Of a stretch of 64,000 nucleotides of DNA, positions 56,796 to 64,000 are shown in pieces. The first letter of the stretch is position 1. Every line of letters starts with the position of its first letter. Made by a program: the position numbers and the translations under genes. The notes below the pieces were generated by a model, which was not told the DNA's origin, did not search any database, and saw nothing but the letters and a program-made list of their open reading frames with translations. Location: the sequence record SRR31156797_360. One strand, written 5' to 3'.

Positions 56796-59546
56796 TTAAA
56801 TAACTTCCTTCTTCTCAGTCAGAAGGTATCTTTCAGGTTTTCCTATGTGGTATCCCTGAAGGTAGTCTATCCCTATTTCATTCGCTTTATCCATAATATC
56901 CTTATCAGATATGAATTCAGCCACTGTCTTCATTCCGAGCCTCTTTGAGTATTCTACGATTGATTTAACAACTTCTAAGGCTCTCTCATCTTTGGAGATC
57001 AGCTTAATGATACTGCCGTCTATTTTGATATAATCAGCTTTTATTTTAAGCAGATAATCGAAGTTCGAGTATCCGGTTCCGAAGTCATCAATAGCTACTT
57101 CTGCTCCTGATAGTTTAAAACGGTAAAGCTGCTCTGTGCACATCTCACTAGATGTCATGCTTTCAGATTCAACAATCTCTATTATTAACCTATGCATTAC
57201 GTTTTTAGATGATGCGTAATCGTAGATATAGTCCATCGTAGCGGTGTTTAAAATATCTTCAGGAGAAAGATTTATACTGAATTTATAGTCGTTTTTCGCA
57301 AACTCATCGATCGCTTTACGGACTATTATCTTTGTGAGTTCAGGGTAAAATCTTGTCTGCTTGCTCACTTCTAGGAACTCAAAAGGAGGTACAACTTTTC
57401 CGTCGTTTTCAATTATTCTCATAAGGGTTTCATATTTGAAATTTGACAGCATGTCGCCGGCTATAGGCTGGAAGAAAGGTACAACCCTGTCTTCCTCGAT
57501 AGCCTTACTTATCATGAGCACAGTTTCTGCATTTTTCTCGTAATGCACAGATGTAGAGGAATCGTTCTCATCATAGAGATGCTCGCTTATATTATTGGCT
57601 TTTGCATACTGGAGTGCGGTCTCAGCATTATTGAGGATGTCCTCTTTTCCAGTCGCTAAACCTATAATAACACTTAGTATTATGTTGTGGTCTTCGATTG
57701 TGATGACTTCATTTGAAAGTCCTCTCATCGCATTGTTGACATTAGCATGTAAATCCTCAACTGAACTCTCATGTGAGAATACAGCAAATACATCAGAGTG
57801 CAGCCTGTAAAGCTCGTAACCTTTAAGGTCTTCGTGAGTGGACAGTATCTTAGCAAAGCGGATTAATAGCTCGTCTCCGGTTGTCATTCCGAAGGACTCG
57901 TTAATCTTGTGAAAACCATCAATATCGATCAGCGCTAAGCTCGCAGAGGTATTATCCTCTATATCTTTCAGAAGTTGCTCTCTGTTTTGAAGCCCGGTGA
58001 GGGGGTCGCTGTACAGTGATTTCTGAAGCTGGGATCTATTTTCAAAAACTTCAGTAACATCATTACTTACAGCGATGTATTTAATGATTTCACCGTCTTT
58101 ATTCTTATAAGGAACTATCGTTGTTTCCTGGAAGAAATAACCGCCGTCTTTCTTAATATTTTTAAGGATGCCGTTCCAGATTTTTCCATCAACGATTGCA
58201 TCCCAAAGCTCTTTATAAATCTCCCGAGGGTTGTCCGGGTGACCTAGCATAGAGTGGTTTTCACCTATGAGCTCCTCTTTCTTAAAGCCTGTTATCTCAG
58301 ACATCTTATCATTTACGAATTTTATTTCACCTGCGAGATCCGTCACGCTGACTAAGGAGCTCTTGTTTATTACAGTTTTATACTGGACAAGATCGTTGAT
58401 ATACTTTTCACCTGCATTTTCGATCATCCGTATCTTTTTAAAGATGATGAGGGCTGTTATCAGTGATCCGCCAAAAAGGAGGAATATGAGTGTCAGCGTT
58501 TTCTTAGTTTCACCAGCAAGGATATCTTTGCTTATCTTCTCCTTAGATTTGATAAGCTCGAAATAATCCTCGTAATAAAAGCCTGAACCGACTATCCAGT
58601 CCCACTCAGGGATGTAGTGCAGGTAGGATATCTTCTCAGAAATTTTTTCTGAATCAGGCAGTTTCCAGTAATAGTTGGAATAGCCTGCTCCTTTTTTCTC
58701 TGAGATATCTACGAATTCTCTGACAATGTGTTTACCATTTACATCTTTTAGGTTGAAGAGATCCATTTCGTATACCGCAGGGGATATGTGAAATATTGTT
58801 TTGTATGTTTTGCTAAATATCCAGAAGTATCCGTAGTTGTTATAGCCGAATCTGGTCGTTTTTAATGTGTTTAAAATCTCACTCTGAATCTTAGAGTTAA
58901 GTGAATCAACGTAAACGCCGGTACCGACAAGAATATTAAACTCAGGGTCGAATTTAGCGTAACCAATTTTGTCCACAAGAACTCTTTTATTTTTATCTGT
59001 TGGTTTATAGTATTTGTATGTACCGTAGCTTTCGCCGTTTTCAATAGCTTTAGTTAAAAACGTATAAAGGCTTAGGTTAAGGTCTTTAAAGCCTGTGATG
59101 TTTTTACCTTCTGCCGCTTTATTACCACCGTGATGGAGAACTGTCCCATCTTTGGCAATTATATAAAAGTAACCGTTTTTACCCCAGTTAAAAGACGCAA
59201 TCATCTCTTCTGTATGCTGAAGGTGTGCATCTGAGTCGTTGATGGCGTGCTCATGCTTTATAAAATCAAGAGCTGAGTTTACCTTTTCCATTAGGTCAGT
59301 TTTTGTGCTTTCGTGTAGGCTCTCTTTTGTCGCATTTATCTGGGCTACAAGTCTTGTGACTTCATTCTTTATAAGTTCTTTTTGTTGCTGAGTATAAAAT
59401 GATTTAATCTCTGTATTATTCTTTTCGTTAAATGTTTTAAACGAATTAGACAGGTTTGCAATTAATGCAGCAGAGAATACTGTAACAACAATAATGACTG
59501 TAAGTAACGTTATGTTTGATATCTTTTTGTTCATTTTTATGCTCAC
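56796..59546 (-). CDS. Cache-PAS-GGDEF(degenerate)-EAL protein, probable c-di-GMP phosphodiesterase
   Basis: Two Cache-like domains between TMs, PAS, GGDEF motif replaced by HSDVF, EAL domain with ETLMR, IDDFGTGYS, IKIDG, AEF, QGY. Confidence 0.9.
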   Translation of the reverse strand: MSIKMNKKISNITLLTVIIVVTVFSAALIANLSNSFKTFNEKNNTEIKSFYTQQQKELIKNEVTRLVAQINATKESLHESTKTDLMEKVNSALDFIKHEHAINDSDAHLQHTEEMIASFNWGKNGYFYIIAKDGTVLHHGGNKAAEGKNITGFKDLNLSLYTFLTKAIENGESYGTYKYYKPTDKNKRVLVDKIGYAKFDPEFNILVGTGVYVDSLNSKIQSEILNTLKTTRFGYNNYGYFWIFSKTYKTIFHISPAVYEMDLFNLKDVNGKHIVREFVDISEKKGAGYSNYYWKLPDSEKISEKISYLHYIPEWDWIVGSGFYYEDYFELIKSKEKISKDILAGETKKTLTLIFLLFGGSLITALIIFKKIRMIENAGEKYINDLVQYKTVINKSSLVSVTDLAGEIKFVNDKMSEITGFKKEELIGENHSMLGHPDNPREIYKELWDAIVDGKIWNGILKNIKKDGGYFFQETTIVPYKNKDGEIIKYIAVSNDVTEVFENRSQLQKSLYSDPLTGLQNREQLLKDIEDNTSASLALIDIDGFHKINESFGMTTGDELLIRFAKILSTHEDLKGYELYRLHSDVFAVFSHESSVEDLHANVNNAMRGLSNEVITIEDHNIILSVIIGLATGKEDILNNAETALQYAKANNISEHLYDENDSSTSVHYEKNAETVLMISKAIEEDRVVPFFQPIAGDMLSNFKYETLMRIIENDGKVVPPFEFLEVSKQTRFYPELTKIIVRKAIDEFAKNDYKFSINLSPEDILNTATMDYIYDYASSKNVMHRLIIEIVESESMTSSEMCTEQLYRFKLSGAEVAIDDFGTGYSNFDYLLKIKADYIKIDGSIIKLISKDERALEVVKSIVEYSKRLGMKTVAEFISDKDIMDKANEIGIDYLQGYHIGKPERYLLTEKKEVI

Positions 59547-59621
59547 TAATAAGAGTTTCTTTATGGATATAATAATACTGTTTTAGTATTATTCAGTCTG
59601 TAAAATGATTTTACAGTATAA

Positions 59622-61250
59622 CTATCTTACAGGGAGATTAATGGTGAAAATAGCCCCGTTAGGGAGAGGCGATGCGCTGATTGAACCGTTCATATGTTCT
59701 TCAATAATAATTTTAGACATATAAAGCCCTACACCAGCACCGTTTTCTTTAGTGCTATAGTAGGGTTCAAATATCTTAGTAATGGATTCGTGGGATATTC
59801 CAACACCGTTGTCTCTTATATAAATACTAACACTGTTTTTACGCTTTTCAAGCTCAAGAGAGATGAGACCTTGAACATATTCATGTGATGTTCTCTTTCT
59901 TTCGAGGATAGCATCTATAGCATTGTTTATAATGTTTATGATTACTTGTTTGAATTCTGCTGGTATACCAACTACTTGAAAGTCTTTTAGCTTTTTGACG
60001 AAAGTTATAACATCCGCATCATCAGCCTCAAAAGTAGAGTCATCTTTTGTGTATGCCATGTGGATACTTATGTCGCTATTAAGGAGTCTGGCTGTGATAA
60101 GACCAAAAATTTCATCAAAATTCCTCAAGAGATAAAAATCTTCTTCTTCCTGACTGGTTTTAAAGAAATTATTAAGATCTTCCATAGTTTTGGAGATAGT
60201 TTTTATGAGGCTCATTGAGTCAACTGTTAAATCGTGTATGTATTCGCTATCCAGATCGCCTATGTGATAAGCATCTTCAAGGTCTTCGATATTTATACCG
60301 AGAGCACTCAGCGGTTGACGCCATTGGTGTTCGATTGCGCTGATCATCTGTCCCATCGCTAGGAATCGTGACTGCTCGAAAACCACTTGCTCATTCTTTT
60401 TACGTTTGTCAGTCTCTTCAACAATAGTTTTAGCGAGCTCAACATTAAGATGTTCAAGTTCTTTCTGCTTGCCTCGAAGTCCGTCTTCGGCCTCGACCTG
60501 CTCTGTAATATTGTGAAAAATATGTACACACTCACCAGTAGGCAGTATGTATATGTGGCTGTTAAACCAGCCTTTTATTTTTTTATCTTCATAGTAGTGA
60601 GTTTTAAGATTGGCAGGAAGCCCAGTCGCTTTCACCCTTTTTATAGTGTCGAAAATTCCGTACTGGATGCTATTCTGGAATATTTCAGAGAGAGATTTAC
60701 CTATTACCTGATCTCTAGTTCTGCCTATAATCTGCTCAGCAGCTCTGTTTGTGTCAGTGAGGAGAAATGTGTTATTAGATTCTTTGTACTCATAAACCGC
60801 AACGCCGCTGGTCATGTTATTGAACAGCTCTTTGAATTTGTGTTCGCTCACACGTACAGAGATATCATTTTTATGTTTATGGAGAGCAAGTTCGATGGTT
60901 GTCTGGAGAGTACTCTCATCGTACGGTTTATAGATATAGCCGTAATGATCAGTCTTCATCGTCTGGTAAAGTGTTCGGCTATTTATAGCTTCAGTAAAGT
61001 ATATTACCGGAGTAGAGAATTCGGTCTGTACAGCGGAAGCTTTGGCTATGATATTTTTATCAGCATGGACAGACATGTCTACGATGAGTATGTCTGGAAG
61101 GAAACCCTTCACCACATCAGAAAGCTCAGCGAGCCGAAAGCTCATTTTCTTAGTGGTATATCTTAGAGCTTTTAGCGCACTTTCAAGGTTTCCGGTGGAG
61201 TCTGTTTTATATTCTACTATTAGAACTTTTCTATTTTTCATGTTTTCCAA
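59622..61250 (-). CDS. REC-PAS-histidine kinase hybrid (atypical receiver)
   Basis: Receiver-like N-terminus (VLIVEY, DILIVD, YIYKP), PAS, H-box EHQWRQP, NAIDA, DNGVG, GVGLY; alternative start ATG 61241. Confidence 0.88.
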   Translation of the reverse strand: MENMKNRKVLIVEYKTDSTGNLESALKALRYTTKKMSFRLAELSDVVKGFLPDILIVDMSVHADKNIIAKASAVQTEFSTPVIYFTEAINSRTLYQTMKTDHYGYIYKPYDESTLQTTIELALHKHKNDISVRVSEHKFKELFNNMTSGVAVYEYKESNNTFLLTDTNRAAEQIIGRTRDQVIGKSLSEIFQNSIQYGIFDTIKRVKATGLPANLKTHYYEDKKIKGWFNSHIYILPTGECVHIFHNITEQVEAEDGLRGKQKELEHLNVELAKTIVEETDKRKKNEQVVFEQSRFLAMGQMISAIEHQWRQPLSALGINIEDLEDAYHIGDLDSEYIHDLTVDSMSLIKTISKTMEDLNNFFKTSQEEEDFYLLRNFDEIFGLITARLLNSDISIHMAYTKDDSTFEADDADVITFVKKLKDFQVVGIPAEFKQVIINIINNAIDAILERKRTSHEYVQGLISLELEKRKNSVSIYIRDNGVGISHESITKIFEPYYSTKENGAGVGLYMSKIIIEEHMNGSISASPLPNGAIFTINLPVR

Positions 61251-61319
61251 AGATAATATAGCAGAACTGCATACAAAAACAACCGCTTAAAAGGTGCAGT
61301 CAGGCTTGTTAGTGTATTC

Positions 61320-61613
61320 TTAAGCTCTTGTTACGTTAAATACTGTTATAAGATTAAGGTCTTCCAGCAGGTTATATAGTCTGTCGCTGTATACCACCAA
61401 TTTAATCTTGAGGCCATCACCATGGACAGTTTTTGTAAAAAGTCCAATGATAGAAGATGTTATAGTCATTGATTCTCTAACTTCTATGGTTATGGATGTT
61501 TTACCATCGTCTAAAACCTGCTTGAGTGCAGCTTTTATAGAAGTGTAGTCCTCAATGGTCTTCATCTCCCCGTTAATGACTAAATTGCCGTTTTCAGCAT
61601 TAATAATGTTCAT
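61320..61613 (-). CDS. STAS-like anti-sigma-factor antagonist
   Basis: 97 aa; LVINGEM, ITSSIIG (equivalent of DSSG), 'LYNLLEDLNL..VF' STAS pattern; start ATG 61613 after AGGTGG. Confidence 0.7.
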   Translation of the reverse strand: MNIINAENGNLVINGEMKTIEDYTSIKAALKQVLDDGKTSITIEVRESMTITSSIIGLFTKTVHGDGLKIKLVVYSDRLYNLLEDLNLITVFNVTRA

Positions 61614-61707
61614 ATTACCACCTAAATACATATTAGTTTTGCTTTTCTCTCAATGATATTATAAACTTAATTTTGTAAGAAGAAAATAGAAACTGCGTAA
61701 GGTATAT

Positions 61708-63399
61708 ATGAGCGACACTAATTTATTAAAAGATATTACTAAGGATTTAACTATCCTTTGTGTTGATGACGAGCCGCTTGCAAGGGATTATCTCTCTCTT
61801 AAGATGAAGCGCAGATTCAAAGAGGTCTAAACGGCTGATGATGGTTCCACTGGTTACGAGATATTTAAGTCTAAAAAACCTGATATAATCATTACTGACA
61901 ACAGGATGTCTTTCATGGACGGAATTGATATGATTATCAAGATCCGTGAGGAAGATCAGGATGTCCCTATTATTCTCACAACAGCTTATACAGAGAAAGA
62001 TGCACTAGTAGAAGCGATTAACTGCAATGTTAACCACTTCCTCTCAAAGCCTATCGACTCTAAGCAGCTTGACAAAGCTCTTGAAAAGTCTATCCAGCCG
62101 ATTGTTTACTCCAGACTCGAAGAGAAGGCTCTCAGGCAGGAAGTTGAGCTTCTCAGATATCGTGAAAAATATCATTCACATCAAGAGAATAACGCATTTA
62201 AGAAAGAGCTTAGTCTCATACTTAACGATTATTTTCTACAGAAATTTGATGTAACAAATAAAAATGGTGACGAGTACGGCGTTTTTATGAACATACTCTA
62301 TAAGCCTCTCGACGTTCTCAGCGGAGATATCTACTCCATTAGAGAGCTTGAGGACGGGACAACCCTTGTTTTCCTTGCTGATTCTATGGGGAAGGGGCTG
62401 TCTGCATCGGTTACATCCATCCTGACAACATCTTATATGAATCACATTATCGATACAGAGAGTGTTAAGGTTACATCAAGCCTCAGCAATATTATCGATT
62501 GTTTTAATAAATATATAAAAAATATTCTCCTCGATGATGAGATACTTTCAATTAATTTTATGAAGATTGATTTCGTTAATGAGAAGATGGAGTATGCGAA
62601 TTTCAGCTCCCCTCCAATTTATATTAAAACTAGCGACGGAGAGGTTAAACCGCTTAAATGCAATAACCCGCCGCTCACAAAATATCTAGTTGCGACGCAG
62701 ACAAGTGTTTGCGATATGACTGATGTTAAAGGTATTCTAGCCCTTACTGACGGTCTTTATGAATGTGCAACTAAGGACGGAACCCCTGCTATGGAGCTTG
62801 TGCAGGATGTTTATTCGAAGAACATTATGAAGACGGATTTTCATCTCCATATGGAGGAGCTCATAAATCAACCAGAGGACGATGTCTCCTGTATCCATAT
62901 CCTTAAAGTAGATAGGTGTGACGAAGTCTTTGATACTTTCGAATTTGCTGCATCTCTTGTAAATGTGGGTAAAGCGATAGAGTGGGCCGAAGCTTTCCTT
63001 GAGAGGATGGAGATAGATATTGAGGACTCATCAATGCTGACACTCGCTTTCACTGAGCTTGTTATGAACGCATTTGAACATTCTGTCCTTGAGCTTGATA
63101 ACAGGCGAAAGTATAAGATGATCAACGATGGTGAGTATGATGAATTTATTAACGGTACTACCAGCGAGAAAAAGATATATGTTTCTGTAGCTATTAAGAA
63201 GTTTATTAATAAGAGATACATTAAAATATCCATAAAAGACGAAGGTTTGGGATTTGACCCTCAGATACTCAAAACATGGATGTACGATAAAGAGCAGAAC
63301 GACGGCAAGGGAGTTAAAATCTCACGCCGTATTATAGATGAAATCTACTACAGTGCTGACGGAAGAGAGTCTATCATCATACGAGTACTGGAAGATTAA
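61708..63399 (+). pseudogene. REC-PP2C(SpoIIE)-HATPase(RsbW-like) fusion interrupted by an in-frame TAA at 61828-61830
   Basis: ATG 61708 gives MSDTNLLKDITKDLTILCVDDEPLARDYLSLKMKRRFKEV*TADDGSTGYEIFKSKKPDIIITDNRM, in frame with ORF 61906-63399; SGDIY, LADSMGKG, LTDG, DDVS, ELVMNAFEH, DEGLGFD motifs. Confidence 0.8.
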
Positions 63400-63402
63400 C
63401 GA

Positions 63403-64000
63403 GTGAACCTTCTCCTTTTCAAGCCATCAGAACTAAGTGGTGGCAACTTTCATATCACAGATAACAGAGCGGAGCACATCACCAAAGTTATTAAACCGTC
63501 TGTAGGGGACAAACTTAAGGCGGGAGTTATTAACGGAATGGTCGGCAGTGCCGGGATTACGGAGATATCATCAGGCAGTGTTAAGGGTGTGTTTAAAGCT
63601 GAGGCTAATCCGCCAAAAGCACCGGAGCTGTCGCTTATCATTGCGCTACCTCGACCAAAAGTTTTCAGAAGAATACTGAGCGGTATTACGTCTATGGGTG
63701 TCAAAGATATCCACATTATAAACTGCTGGCGGGTTGAAAAGAGCTATTGGAACAGTCCGTATATCTCAGAAGAGAGTGTCGATAAATATTGTTTCGATGC
63801 GCTCATGCAGGCGAAAGACAGCATAATGCCAAAGGTTAGCTTTCATCGTTTTTTTATGGGTTTTATCGAAGAAGGTTTAAACACTATTCCGGCTGAAAGA
63901 GCGAGGTTTATAGCACATCCTTATAGCGATGGTGAAGTTAAGCCTTATGCTCCGGCTGTGGTCGCTATCGGACCTGAGGGCGGGTTTATAGAGCGTGAGC
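63403..64000 (+). CDS. rsmE: 16S rRNA m3U1498 methyltransferase (partial, runs off the window)
   Basis: GTG start; RAEHITKVI, LIIALPRPK, RVEKSYW, AIGPEGGF SPOUT motif; not in the ORF track because it is truncated. Confidence 0.9.
   Translation, partial: MNLLLFKPSELSGGNFHITDNRAEHITKVIKPSVGDKLKAGVINGMVGSAGITEISSGSVKGVFKAEANPPKAPELSLIIALPRPKVFRRILSGITSMGVKDIHIINCWRVEKSYWNSPYISEESVDKYCFDALMQAKDSIMPKVSFHRFFMGFIEEGLNTIPAERARFIAHPYSDGEVKPYAPAVVAIGPEGGFIERE

Noticed and set aside
60387-61166. Long antisense ORFs (259 aa here; also 18731-19345, 12286-12846, 12958-13521 and others)
   Set aside because: They lie opposite well-supported genes, lack motifs, and look like shadow ORFs.
61828-61830. Stop-codon reassignment as the explanation for the internal TAA
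   Set aside because: Many conserved genes in the window (e.g. ftsI, ftsA, ftsZ, katG) end at TAA exactly where expected.

Overview
Ordinary chromosomal window with no prophage, IS, CRISPR array or rRNA seen. It comes from a Gram-negative, probably anaerobic and motile bacterium; gene content and style suggest a Deferribacterota (Denitrovibrio-like) organism, which is inference only. Contents in order: a dcw cluster (rsmH end, ftsL, ftsI, murE, murF, mraY, murD, ftsW, murG, murC, ddl, ftsQ, ftsA, ftsZ; no murB); a GT4 glycosyltransferase; a Fic-HTH gene; tRNA-Ala(GGC); katG; a sigma54-controlled short-chain fatty acid (ato-like) operon; a Fur-boxed DUF2325/DUF2023 pair; arginase plus a TIGR00300/ArgZ-type putative ornithine cyclodeaminase; an MCP; a CBS-pyrophosphatase; c-di-GMP enzymes; acnA; several orphan histidine kinases; a permease-less SBP/GTPase/ABC-ATPase/YgbA operon; a complete nqrABCDEF operon; a STAS plus REC-PP2C-HATPase partner-switching pair, the latter interrupted by an in-frame TAA; and the start of rsmE. 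The most striking unexplained signals are mostly non-coding. (1) A 306-bp, highly structured ftsA-ftsZ spacer carries repeated GGA-loop hairpins resembling CsrB/Rsm RNAs, and the ftsQ leader has matching CsrA-type sites. (2) The AT-rich spacer between the Fic gene and the tRNA holds a near-consensus sigma28 promoter that points at no ORF, plus a 12-bp-periodic repeat array. (3) The same TTTGAC-N4-GTCAAA Crp/Fnr(HcpR)-type palindrome sits in front of the apparently cytoplasmic SBP/GTPase/ABC operon and in front of a methyltransferase.
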